Shown piece after piece: positions 8,727 through 17,696 of a stretch of 37,875 bases of DNA. The stretch's first letter is position 1, and the number at the start of each line of letters is the position of its first letter. Location: positions 1 through 37,875 of the forward strand of contig JANOQI010000025.1 of NCBI GenBank assembly GCA_031414775.1, read 5' to 3'. The notes below the pieces were generated by a model. That model ran no database searches. It was not told the origin of the DNA and worked only from the letters and a program-made list of their open reading frames with translations. The DNA is from Synechococcales cyanobacterium VAR_4_metabat_354. GTDB lineage: Bacteria; Cyanobacteriota; Cyanobacteriia; Cyanobacteriales; Chamaesiphonaceae. A program made the translations under genes and the position numbers.

Positions 8727-9362
8727 TTAGCTCAATTCCTGGAAGGGAGACTGGCTAGAAATAAGCAAATCGAGAATGGGTTGATTGGTTAAACAGCGCC
8801 AATGGCAAGTGAATAAGTCCGGCTGCTGCACGTTGATGCTGGCCAGGGCTGGTGCGGCGGGGAATGGTAGTAATCGATCGAACACCAACGCTGAACCGAT
8901 ATAACCAAAAGCCAATAAATAGACAGCGGGCGGCGCTTGCAGCTGTTCTAATAAGCTAGCCCCCAACTGATACAAAGGCTGCCGCTGTTGGTCATTAAGA
9001 TGCAATGGCTGATGATAACTGTCCGCGACGGTGGCTGATTTAGCGATTGCTTCGGCATAGAGACGACCTTTGCCGGTATTCACAATAGGTAACCAATAAT
9101 CACCAACTCCTGATTGGTGGCTGGTTTGAGCGAATACCCACTGCCGCATTTTTTCTAATTGGCGGCAAGCTGCAAAAATATCTTGTCCCCAAAACTCCAA
9201 GTCCGGGGAAATATCTAAAGTTAAAGGGCAGAGCAATGAGTCTGGGGCAATAACAGCAACGCTTTCAGCGACGATACAGGCAGTAGCTGGATCGACAGCC
9301 TGGATCGCCGATCGCATGGCCTGTCCTAAATTATCGGAGTCGGTGATCAAGACTACTGGCAT
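8727..9362 (-). CDS. Conserved cyanobacterial hypothetical protein
   Basis: Long ORF tightly packed in an operon, with FDRLLPFPAAPALAS...PDLFTCHW. ATG 9362 preferred. Confidence 0.75.
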   Translation of the reverse strand: MPVVLITDSDNLGQAMRSAIQAVDPATACIVAESVAVIAPDSLLCPLTLDISPDLEFWGQDIFAACRQLEKMRQWVFAQTSHQSGVGDYWLPIVNTGKGRLYAEAIAKSATVADSYHQPLHLNDQQRQPLYQLGASLLEQLQAPPAVYLLAFGYIGSALVFDRLLPFPAAPALASINVQQPDLFTCHWRCLTNQPILDLLISSQSPFQELS

Positions 9363-9363
9363 T

Positions 9364-9891
9364 TTAAACCGGACCAAAGGTAGACATACTGCTAATTACT
9401 TTAGAAAGATCCGGTAGTTGTAATTCTCGGCGGGGGGTGGCAGAAACTTGCTGTAATTCTGATTGCAGGCGTTGGTTATCACGATGTAAATTGGCGATTT
9501 TTTCCCGAATAGGGGCTAGCCGTTCTGCAAACTTTTGGGAGTATATCCGAGGTAGTTCTTGAACTACTTGCTCCAACATCCGACTGCGGGCACTAAGTTC
9601 CCGCACTGTGCGGCGCAGTTGCTGGATTTCCTGATCCCGATTTTGTAGCTGATTTTGGTAATAATGAACTTGGGTTTCTACACCTTGCAGCTGTTCTCGC
9701 AACACCCGAATTTCACCTCGATGATCGCCGCCCACGATGGCCGTTGGGGAAGGATGATCACTTTTGACAATCCGAAATAATTCTTGGGAGAGTTGCTGCA
9801 CCAATTGGTCGCGCATATTTAGCTCTTCCCGAAAATGGGCAATTTCGGTTTTGAGGGCAGAAAGGTTACTGGGTTGTACTGAATTCACCAT
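9364..9891 (-). CDS. Coiled-coil protein (Npun_F5560-like)
   Basis: MRDQLVQQLSQELFR...RSRMLEQVVQELP heptads. ATG 9891 preferred. Confidence 0.75.
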   Translation of the reverse strand: MVNSVQPSNLSALKTEIAHFREELNMRDQLVQQLSQELFRIVKSDHPSPTAIVGGDHRGEIRVLREQLQGVETQVHYYQNQLQNRDQEIQQLRRTVRELSARSRMLEQVVQELPRIYSQKFAERLAPIREKIANLHRDNQRLQSELQQVSATPRRELQLPDLSKVISSMSTFGPV

Positions 9892-9995
9892 GTGAACACC
9901 GCCGGTAAGATTAGATTGGAGCAAGTTAAAAGCTTACAGGCTCATCATATTGGAGCTTAATGAACCTAGTATGAATTCTACATTTTTTTCAACAT

Positions 9996-10020
9996 AAAAA
10001 AATGGGTCTATTAAGACCCA
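9996..10020 (-). terminator. Intrinsic terminator after acsF
   Basis: tgggtct/agaccca stem, with a U-tract on the minus strand. Confidence 0.75.
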
Positions 10021-10041
10021 CGATGTTGAAGTTTCAGTAGT

Positions 10042-11118
10042 TTAGCGAACTGAGCCTTCTAGATAATCGGTATCGATCGGCTTAATCACATATAACTGCA
10101 ACATATTCCAGCCGATCGACAGAATATGGGGCAAACGCTGGATAGTTTTGAGGAACTTGGGCGCATTCGATGCCGGGGCGTTAACGATTTTTAGATAGCT
10201 GACCACTGACTTGTCCATCAACTTGATGAATTTAGGTTGATCGACATCTAAAGTGACTGGGAAAATCCGACCAGCAGTACGATTGGTCTGCCGAATTACA
10301 TCTAGGTTAAAGTCACGGGTGTTCATACCCAGTGCTTCATAGAACTTGGTGCGCTGATGATCATTCAGATACATAGTCGCAAATACTGATAGCAAAAAGA
10401 AGCGGCACCACAGCTTGGCTTTCCAATCGTTCAGAATATGGGGCTGAGATTTCATCAATGCATCAAAAATGTCACCATGGCGGTTCTCATCTTGGCACCA
10501 GTTTTCAAACAGGTTAAAGATAGGGTAGAGCTGATTTTCGGGGTGAGCTTCCAAATGCCGGAAGATTTTGATATAGCGCCAATAACCAATTCTCTCAGAA
10601 AGGAAAGTGGCATAGAAAATAAACTTGGGCTTAAAAAATGTGTAGGTATGGTTTTGGGTCAAAAAGCCCAAATCCATAGACAGATCGAAATCGGCCAACG
10701 CTTTGTTCAAAAAACCAGCATGACGGGCTTCGTCTCGCGACATCAGGTTAAAAGCTTTTGCTAACAGCGGATTTTTGTTCTTGAGCCGCCGACCGAGTTC
10801 TTTATAGAGCAAGAAGCCGGAAAATTCCGCCGTACAGGAGCGCTCTAAGAACTCCATAAATAACTGGCGGGTTTCACCATCAATATGGTCAAAAGACTGA
10901 TTGAACTGCTCACCGCGCACGAAGTGGTGGCGGTTGTAGTCCACTTCCATCTCGGCAATGATTGCTTTCATCTCCTCTTCGTTGATGGAGATGTCCATTT
11001 TGGCTAGCTCATCAAAGTCGGTGGTATAGAACCGAGGTGTGAGAATAGTTTCTTTGGCAGGGATCTTGACTCCCGATCGGAGTTCGTCAACTGCGGGTTT
11101 TCTAAGGGAGTCTACCAT
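10042..11118 (-). CDS. acsF: Mg-protoporphyrin IX monomethyl ester oxidative cyclase (CycI type)
   Basis: ETILTPRFYTTDF; diiron motifs DEARH and DENRH. Confidence 0.98.
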   Translation of the reverse strand: MVDSLRKPAVDELRSGVKIPAKETILTPRFYTTDFDELAKMDISINEEEMKAIIAEMEVDYNRHHFVRGEQFNQSFDHIDGETRQLFMEFLERSCTAEFSGFLLYKELGRRLKNKNPLLAKAFNLMSRDEARHAGFLNKALADFDLSMDLGFLTQNHTYTFFKPKFIFYATFLSERIGYWRYIKIFRHLEAHPENQLYPIFNLFENWCQDENRHGDIFDALMKSQPHILNDWKAKLWCRFFLLSVFATMYLNDHQRTKFYEALGMNTRDFNLDVIRQTNRTAGRIFPVTLDVDQPKFIKLMDKSVVSYLKIVNAPASNAPKFLKTIQRLPHILSIGWNMLQLYVIKPIDTDYLEGSVR

Positions 11119-11214
11119 AGTAATTTTTATCTACGTATTGATGGCTATAGCTTTTAACTTATTTAGTTAGTCTACCAAGACCAACTAGGATCGGCTAGGC
11201 GTTTGTGTTAAGAG

Positions 11215-11790
11215 TTACGAAGAAACAGCAGCAAGTGGGCTGGGTGATAGCCATTGCTGAGCATTGAGGCGCTTCATCAAACCAAACATCAATAGATCTA
11301 AAGTCATTTTGCGCTCGTCAATCAAAAAGGATTCGATCGAACTCATCCGGCCTTGATTAGAGCTACAGGAGAAGCCCCGTTGCCCCTGAATATTTTCATC
11401 AAAAAAGTACAAGTTAAACTGTCTTTTCCCCTGTTGTCCTTTGCCAATAATCTGCCAGCAGTCGGGGATGCCCACTAAGCCGGAGATCGATACCTGGCCT
11501 TTAGTAAATTGCAAATCTAGGTCAGTCCAACCTTGAGCAGTCAAACCATTTTGAATCGCGGGGACTAAATTTTGCTGCACGAAGTCAGCAAAGGGTTTAT
11601 CTTCGAGCGCTGGTGCTTTCTCTTTTTTGGGAGGCACCGTTTTCACTTCCGCTACGGCCTCCACGACTTTCTCAACAGGCGCAGCAGTTGGTGAGTGCGC
11701 AGCCTCATCGGGCACAGCAGCGCTAGCTTCTAACTTTGCTGCGGGCTGGGATTTTTTGGCAGTTTGGGACGGTTTATTGGCTTCTGTCAT
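11215..11790 (-). CDS. ndhV: DUF2996 protein, NDH-1 subunit NdhV
   Basis: Disordered Ala/Pro/Lys N-terminus, then EDKPFADFV...IESFLIDERKMTLDLL...RLNAQQWL. Confidence 0.82.
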   Translation of the reverse strand: MTEANKPSQTAKKSQPAAKLEASAAVPDEAAHSPTAAPVEKVVEAVAEVKTVPPKKEKAPALEDKPFADFVQQNLVPAIQNGLTAQGWTDLDLQFTKGQVSISGLVGIPDCWQIIGKGQQGKRQFNLYFFDENIQGQRGFSCSSNQGRMSSIESFLIDERKMTLDLLMFGLMKRLNAQQWLSPSPLAAVSS

Positions 11791-11910
11791 AAATTTATTG
11801 GCTGAGCGGCATTAGAAAAACCAAGGTCTATTATAAGCGCTAGATCGGGACAGACGTTCTACTAACTCAGATAAGCAGTTAATCCAAAAAAATCTTGTAC
11901 ATTGGCTGGA

Positions 11911-13398
11911 CTACAAAAGCATCAGTTGAGGATGCGAGGCAGTCAGTAAAAGCTGTTGTAGACGTTTTTGATATTTTTCGGTGGGGATTTTTCCGGTTTT
12001 TACGGCCTCGGTGAGTGCTTTGATTTGGGCAGCATGTTCTTGTTTTTGAGACTCAATTGTTAGTTCGTTACGATCGTAGATAGCTTCAGCAGATTTACGA
12101 TTTTGCTTGAATAATTGTCGCAGAGCGATCGAATCCAAGGTCACTTCTGGTTGAGAATGAGCCGCTTCAAAGTAGATGGCGGTTGTTTGACCTATCGCCC
12201 AAGTCGCAGTAAACGCATCAGCAGCACCCAAGCTACTACCCACTTTGGGCACTAACTTTGTCAGATCCAACGCCATCAGCCAAGCGCTGACTAATCCTAA
12301 GCTCCCCACCATTTCCTCAAAAAATGGCTTAACATCGAACTCTGCCGCGCCCCAAATATCAGCAATTTCGGCAATCAAAATCATCTGTAGACCCAAAGCC
12401 ACCGACTGGGTATAAGAACCCAGCAATGGTGACGGATCTGCCCCCAAAACTGCTGTAGCCATCGCATAACAGAGAATTTTCTCCTCAATGATTATCGCTC
12501 GCTGTTCAGGATCAGTAATTGATTCTCCCTGACCAATATTTTGAAAATTAGCAACTCGGTCTACTAACCCACGCAATTGTTCGACTTTTGTCGCAGTCAA
12601 GTGAAATGTTGTAGCGATTAGATCGATCGCCTGCTGTTCTGCCAAATGATATTCAGTATCAGTATTCGCTAGCAAATAAGCCGCATAGTAAGTCAATTCT
12701 TGCTGAGCTGGGTCGGTAATTTTCGTTAGTTCTTGGGGTAAATCGACAGGTTCTTGCAGTAGCTTTTCCCACAATATCCCCACTGGAAAATGCTCCTGCT
12801 GTATATTCGATTCCAACCATAATCGTTCGGGATGGCCAATGTTACCATCGGCTTGAGCAACCCCAATTAACACCTTTAGCCGTGCCAAAGACTCAGTTGA
12901 CATCACAGTAGGCTGTACCGATTCTATTTGCAGCATTTTGTATGCTAATTGGCGCGTAGTCGTTTCTGGCACAATCAACACCGGACACAGAGCACGATGC
13001 AACACAAACTGGCTCAAACTTCCAGTCATCATCTCTAGCATTTGTCCACGTCGCCGTCTCCCCATCACAATCAGATCAACTTGCGCTGCATGTTTGAGAA
13101 TGCTATCACCCAGAGCCTCATTTACCACCACATATTGTAGTTTGCAAATAGCGGTTAGGGGTTGAAAAATGTGGCGTAATTCTTTTTCACTGGTAGGTAC
13201 AGCCTGCCAATTTTGAATTGGAGCCTCCTCGGTGTAGTCTAACTCTGGCTCGTAGATATGTAGGATCGTCACTTCTGGCATGTCTTCTGACATAGGCTTC
13301 AGATAGTTTTGTAGGAATTCAGAAATCTGAACAGCAGTAGGCGAAATATCGGCAGCAACTAAAACTTTCATCAAATCGTACTCCTTATTTTTTGACAT
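11911..13398 (-). CDS. Fusion: universal stress protein + TerB-like + DUF697-like membrane domain
   Basis: KVLVAAD...DLIVMGRR...GSLSQFVLHRALCPVLIVP (USP); GVAQADG...E / LANTDTEYHLAEQQAI (TerB-like); LQMILIAEIADIWG...KLVPKVGS...TWAIG (DUF697-like). Start may be 13371, which has AAGGAG upstream. Confidence 0.78.
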   Translation of the reverse strand: MSKNKEYDLMKVLVAADISPTAVQISEFLQNYLKPMSEDMPEVTILHIYEPELDYTEEAPIQNWQAVPTSEKELRHIFQPLTAICKLQYVVVNEALGDSILKHAAQVDLIVMGRRRRGQMLEMMTGSLSQFVLHRALCPVLIVPETTTRQLAYKMLQIESVQPTVMSTESLARLKVLIGVAQADGNIGHPERLWLESNIQQEHFPVGILWEKLLQEPVDLPQELTKITDPAQQELTYYAAYLLANTDTEYHLAEQQAIDLIATTFHLTATKVEQLRGLVDRVANFQNIGQGESITDPEQRAIIIEEKILCYAMATAVLGADPSPLLGSYTQSVALGLQMILIAEIADIWGAAEFDVKPFFEEMVGSLGLVSAWLMALDLTKLVPKVGSSLGAADAFTATWAIGQTTAIYFEAAHSQPEVTLDSIALRQLFKQNRKSAEAIYDRNELTIESQKQEHAAQIKALTEAVKTGKIPTEKYQKRLQQLLLTASHPQLMLL

Positions 13399-13430
13399 TA
13401 TGGACTTCTTTAAAAAGTTAGAGATATATT

Positions 13431-13661
13431 TTAATCTTCAATTTTTAACTGGCGTTCAGCAATTTCTTGAGCATCTTTAAACTGACCATTTTTAGCTGCC
13501 CACATTAATGACAGTAATGCCAGAATTCCAATCGGTAATAGCACCCAAACTAACGACCACATAATCACCGTGCCATCACCAATCCCAAACCAACTACCCA
13601 TCTGGCTATGCTGGGCATGAGGTTCTGTTATGCCCAAATATAGTCGAACAGTTGCATTCAT
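13431..13661 (-). CDS. ccoS: CcoS/FixS-like cbb3 oxidase maturation protein with N-terminal extension
   Basis: TM helix then LMWAAKNGQFKD (CcoS W-x-x-x-x-GQF-x-D motif); ATGA overlap with ccoO. Confidence 0.75.
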   Translation of the reverse strand: MNATVRLYLGITEPHAQHSQMGSWFGIGDGTVIMWSLVWVLLPIGILALLSLMWAAKNGQFKDAQEIAERQLKIED

Positions 13662-14191
13662 AATGATGCCTCTGCTACTTTCACATTATCTTTCCATGCT
13701 CCCAATGATTGGATATAGTCTGTCAAGTCCGACAATTCTTGTGGTGAGAGGTAATTGAAGGCGGGCATAATCGAATTGGGATTGTATTGACGAGGATTGA
13801 TAAAATGCCCAATTAAATAATCACGTGCTGGTGCCCCAATATCTCGTCGCCAAACTCGTCCCTCATTAGAAAGATCTGGTCCTTGGCGGGAAGTACCTAA
13901 CATGTGTGGCAAGTCATAATAGTAATCTCCAGCTTTGGACACTCCAAATGCCGCCACCAAATTTTCATCGGCTTTGACATTTCTTACTTGCTGAGAATGG
14001 CAGTAGACACAGCCTTCACGAGCATAGATCCGACGACCTTTGGCCTCTGTTGGCGAGTAGGCAACTAATCCAACACTAGGAGAGCGAACAATATCAGAAG
14101 CAACTTCTGGAGCAATCACCAGCCCGGTGAAAGCTGATCCAAATAGGAAGGATAGAATGACGACAATCGGGAAAATGCTGATATATCTCAT
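13658..14191 (-). CDS. ccoO: cbb3-type cytochrome c oxidase subunit II (monoheme)
   Basis: GRRIYAREGCVYCHSQQVR, GTSRQGPDL, SIMPAF. Confidence 0.93.
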   Translation of the reverse strand: MRYISIFPIVVILSFLFGSAFTGLVIAPEVASDIVRSPSVGLVAYSPTEAKGRRIYAREGCVYCHSQQVRNVKADENLVAAFGVSKAGDYYYDLPHMLGTSRQGPDLSNEGRVWRRDIGAPARDYLIGHFINPRQYNPNSIMPAFNYLSPQELSDLTDYIQSLGAWKDNVKVAEASL

Positions 14192-15630
14192 AGTGTAATG
14201 CTGGATTTTGCAAGAGAATCGGTGGAAGTTGCTAGTAAATTTATCGGGTGATTCACGGTTTTATAGACATTCCCAACAAATAGAAACTGCCCCAGCAGGA
14301 CTACTAAACCGCTAACAGCACGAGCAACATGATAGGGATACTTGTCGAGCATCGTGCTTTGAGGCGAGCCACCCGCTTCCCAAGCAGAGCCTTCCATCCA
14401 ACCACTGATTCCCATCGAAACAACATAACCGAAAATTCCGATAATAGTTAGCCAAAAGTGCCATTCGGCCAAAGATTGAGAGTATTTGAGCTTTAGGGAT
14501 CGCTCTAGATAAAAGTAAGTGAAGGCAATTAAACCAGGTACTCCAAAACCCAAAAACCCCAGGTGGACATGGGCGATCGTCATATTGGTAAAATGAAGTT
14601 TGGCATTCAGCGACATTACGGCTAAGACCGTTCCCCACAGAGATGCGCCGACGTAACAAGCATAGGCTAACAGACTAAAGCGATAGCCAATATCACGCTT
14701 CAGAATTTCACCAGTGCCCCAAGCGGTGCCGCCAAAATTAATCATGGTCGCACAGGTCGGAATAAACATGGCGATCGAAGCTGTGACTGAAGCTGTCATT
14801 ACCCACATTGGTACCGGCCCCCAAATCACATGATGTCCGCCGTTCCAAGGATAAAACGCTGCTAACGTCCAGAACCCCACAAATGAAATGATGTGACTGT
14901 ACAGCGGCTTATTCACCTGTTTGGGAACAATGTAGTAGAGTGTGGCCAGACCCAGCGTAGTCAGCCAGATACCAAACAGATTGTGACTATAAAACCAATT
15001 GATAATCGCATCTTCAATACCGCTAAATTTAGATGCATTACCTAGGGTGTAATAGATCGGAAAGGGAATAATTGCGAGCAAAATATACCACAACGATACA
15101 TAAACCCGTCGCTCTTGCCGCAAGCTAATTGTAGAAAATAGATTCCCAGCAATCGCTAGCACTAACAGCCCAATTACCATATCGAACGGGAAAGGGATTT
15201 CCGTGTACTCTTTGCCTTTACTGAAGCCCATCAGAATCCCCAGACAGCCTGCCAGTAAATTGAAATTCCAAAACCAGGCAGTGAGCGAACCCAAACGCTC
15301 CGAAAATAATGGCGTTTGGGTTAAACGCGGCACCATATAAAAAGCGGCTCCTAAGTAACCCATACTCATAAAGCCGAATAAACCAATATTGATGTGCACG
15401 GGGCGGAGCCGACCATAAGCTAGTGCTGGCACTCCCTGCAAAAATTCGGGATAGAATAGTTTGATGGCCTCTATGACCCCAATTAGCATCGTCACCGACA
15501 TCCAGAAAATACCAGAATAAAGCCAAATTCGGGTAGCACTATCGGGTCGATCGATCGGCAGTAGCTCTAAATTAGGTTTGGCCGGGCTGGAAATAAAAAC
15601 TAGATTATTGCGATCTTGGATCGAGGTCAT
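14188..15630 (-). CDS. ccoN: cbb3-type (C-family) heme-copper oxidase subunit I
   Basis: YGRLRPVH, KEY, WFYSHN, FYPWNGGHH (helix-VII Tyr + HH), IAHVHLG: all six His ligands visible. Confidence 0.93.
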   Translation of the reverse strand: MTSIQDRNNLVFISSPAKPNLELLPIDRPDSATRIWLYSGIFWMSVTMLIGVIEAIKLFYPEFLQGVPALAYGRLRPVHINIGLFGFMSMGYLGAAFYMVPRLTQTPLFSERLGSLTAWFWNFNLLAGCLGILMGFSKGKEYTEIPFPFDMVIGLLVLAIAGNLFSTISLRQERRVYVSLWYILLAIIPFPIYYTLGNASKFSGIEDAIINWFYSHNLFGIWLTTLGLATLYYIVPKQVNKPLYSHIISFVGFWTLAAFYPWNGGHHVIWGPVPMWVMTASVTASIAMFIPTCATMINFGGTAWGTGEILKRDIGYRFSLLAYACYVGASLWGTVLAVMSLNAKLHFTNMTIAHVHLGFLGFGVPGLIAFTYFYLERSLKLKYSQSLAEWHFWLTIIGIFGYVVSMGISGWMEGSAWEAGGSPQSTMLDKYPYHVARAVSGLVVLLGQFLFVGNVYKTVNHPINLLATSTDSLAKSSITL

Positions 15631-15844
15631 AAACAAAACAGGTAGATGGAACTCGCTGCGATCTGATTAAGAATCTATAAGTTTTTTCACAACTTGTCCT
15701 AAGCTAACAACTGAATGAAATATTAGCCAATGACAGAGCGTCGAACTTGCGATTTCTAAAGAGTTTCTTCGGGATCGTTGAAAAGAGAGGTGCTAACAGC
15801 GAAACTCTTGAGTTAGTCTAAGGGAAAGATAGCACTGAAAAATA

Positions 15845-16264
15845 ATGGTTCCGCTTCCTGATCGCCGCCCCAAACAACTCTCGTTAGGACCATTAGAACG
15901 AGAAATCATCGAAATTGTATGGGAACTAGATACAGTCACCGTCAAAGACATTCGCGATCGAATATTGACCGATCCAGATCGCGAATTGGCTTATGCTTCC
16001 GTTGCCACCATTCTCAAGCGGCTAACTCAAAAGGGCTGGCTCACCTGCGATAAACAAGAACGCAGTTATCTTTGGCAAGCAAAAATTTCAGCCACTGAAG
16101 CACAAGCACTGCAAGCCTATGAACATTTAAACCAATTTCTAGCCGTGGGCAATCCAGATGTCATTGCCGCTTTTGCTGACGATCTCGATCGCGCTAGCTT
16201 GGAACAACTCTCGGCCATTGCCCAAAAACTGCAAGCTATTCGACAAGCCCAGGAGGAACAATAA
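15845..16264 (+). CDS. petR: BlaI/CopY-family regulator, PetR-like
   Basis: RPKQLSLGPLEREI...DPDRELAYASVATILKRL; paired with an M56 protease as in cyanobacterial petRP. Confidence 0.8.
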   Translation: MVPLPDRRPKQLSLGPLEREIIEIVWELDTVTVKDIRDRILTDPDRELAYASVATILKRLTQKGWLTCDKQERSYLWQAKISATEAQALQAYEHLNQFLAVGNPDVIAAFADDLDRASLEQLSAIAQKLQAIRQAQEEQ

Positions 16265-17109
16265 TGCACCTGACCATGTTGATTGGTATTTTAGGTCTGG
16301 CTTGGGGCTTACGTTACACCTGGAGCCAGATATCCTTCGATACTTGGCGCGCTCGTTGGCACTGCACCATCACATTATTTTTACTACCACCTTTACTACT
16401 ATTTACCACCGTGATCGCCGTGATTTGGATGGGACCCCAGGGGCAAATGGTAGGGGTGTGGGAGGGTTGGGGCAGCTACTTCCTATCAATCTGTTTTTTG
16501 GGATTTTCGGGGCTGTGGTTGCTCAAAATGACTGGGGATGCTTGGCGAGTTCTACATAAAGTCCGTACTTATCCGATGGCCGATTTAAAAGGGACTCCCG
16601 TCCGCCTGGTAGATATAAACACACCCTACAGTGCCCAAATCGGCTTTTGGCGACCCGAAATAGTTGTTAGTCAAGGACTCTTGACTATGTTAGATGCTGA
16701 ACACTGTTCGGCAGTAATCGCTCACGAACAGGCGCACGATCGCTATCATGATACTTTCTATTTTTTCTGGTTGGATTGGATCCGTCAGATTACGGCGGGG
16801 CTTCCACAGACAGAGCTACTGTGGCAAGAATTGCTCATCTTACGAGAAATTCGAGCCGATCACTGGGCATCCACACACACCAATCCTTTATTAGTCGCAG
16901 AAGCGTTGCTATTCATTGTTCAACATACCTCCATTTTTCCTGAAAACCTGTGCGCGGCTTTTAGTCAGATGACTTCAGCAAATCGTCTCGATCGAAGGAT
17001 TGAAGCACTCCTAACGACTACAGATCTAATTGAAGATCTCACTCTTTGGTCTTGGGCTTGGCTGCTCCTCGCCTTGCTACCTCTATTGGCAGTACCTTTT
17101 CATATTTGA
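16264..17109 (+). CDS. petP: M56 (BlaR1-like) membrane metallopeptidase, PetP-like
   Basis: N-terminal TMs, AHEQAH (HExxH), REIRAD; TAATG coupling to petR. Confidence 0.8.
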   Translation: MHLTMLIGILGLAWGLRYTWSQISFDTWRARWHCTITLFLLPPLLLFTTVIAVIWMGPQGQMVGVWEGWGSYFLSICFLGFSGLWLLKMTGDAWRVLHKVRTYPMADLKGTPVRLVDINTPYSAQIGFWRPEIVVSQGLLTMLDAEHCSAVIAHEQAHDRYHDTFYFFWLDWIRQITAGLPQTELLWQELLILREIRADHWASTHTNPLLVAEALLFIVQHTSIFPENLCAAFSQMTSANRLDRRIEALLTTTDLIEDLTLWSWAWLLLALLPLLAVPFHI

Positions 17110-17213
17110 GGTAATTTCCCCAGACCCGAACAACCATCAATATTTCACGTTTTTATGATCAACAAGCGTCTCGCCTGCCCAGATATACTGTATCAACATT
17201 GACCTGGTTTCTC

Positions 17214-17696
17214 ATGTTTCCCTCCTGGCTCGTTATTGGCACTATTGCTACGCTCATTGCCGTGGCCACCTTAAAACTCAACACTGACGAGGGGATTCGC
17301 TGGTTTAACCGCCAACAGCGTCCCCGCTGGCTGACTTTTGAGCGAGCGATTCCTTTTATTTGGACAACTATTTTTATTTGTGGGGCTTGGTCGGCCAATA
17401 TAGCCTGGATCGCAGCACCACACACCAGTAGAACCTGGTCTTTAATGTTGCTGTATGCCCTGACTGAAGTGGCAATTATGGCTTACAACCCGGTGATGGC
17501 TTGGTTTAAAAGCCTGAAGCTAGGTGTATGGGTAGGAGGAATGGGCTTTGGGTTGGGGTTAATTCTGGCCATCTTAGTTTACCCCAGCTCCGGCTGGGCA
17601 ACATTGTTGTTGTTACCCTATTTACTATGGAGTCCGATCGGTACCTATGTAACTTGGGTGATGGCTGAAATTAATCATCCAAACCATCGCTCTTAA
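17214..17696 (+). CDS. tspO: TspO/MBR family protein
   Basis: RPRWLTFERAIPFIW...LLLPYLLWSP; Trp-rich. ATG 17214 preferred. Confidence 0.88.
   Translation: MFPSWLVIGTIATLIAVATLKLNTDEGIRWFNRQQRPRWLTFERAIPFIWTTIFICGAWSANIAWIAAPHTSRTWSLMLLYALTEVAIMAYNPVMAWFKSLKLGVWVGGMGFGLGLILAILVYPSSGWATLLLLPYLLWSPIGTYVTWVMAEINHPNHRS

Noticed and set aside
10042..11790. acsF-ndhV as part of a low-oxygen island with ccoNO
   Set aside because: The AcsF N-terminus resembles housekeeping CycI, no ho2/hemN is nearby, and I recall acsF-DUF2996 adjacency as ordinary synteny.
14188..15630. CcoN as a nitric oxide reductase
   Set aside because: The C-family cross-link Tyr and CcoO/CcoS partners are present.
15676..15691. 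CRP-like site TATAA-N6-TCACA upstream of ccoN
   Set aside because: Only one good half-site in AT-rich DNA.
17671..17696. 26-nt convergent overlap of tspO and pilD
   Set aside because: Short 3' overlaps are common; no further signal.
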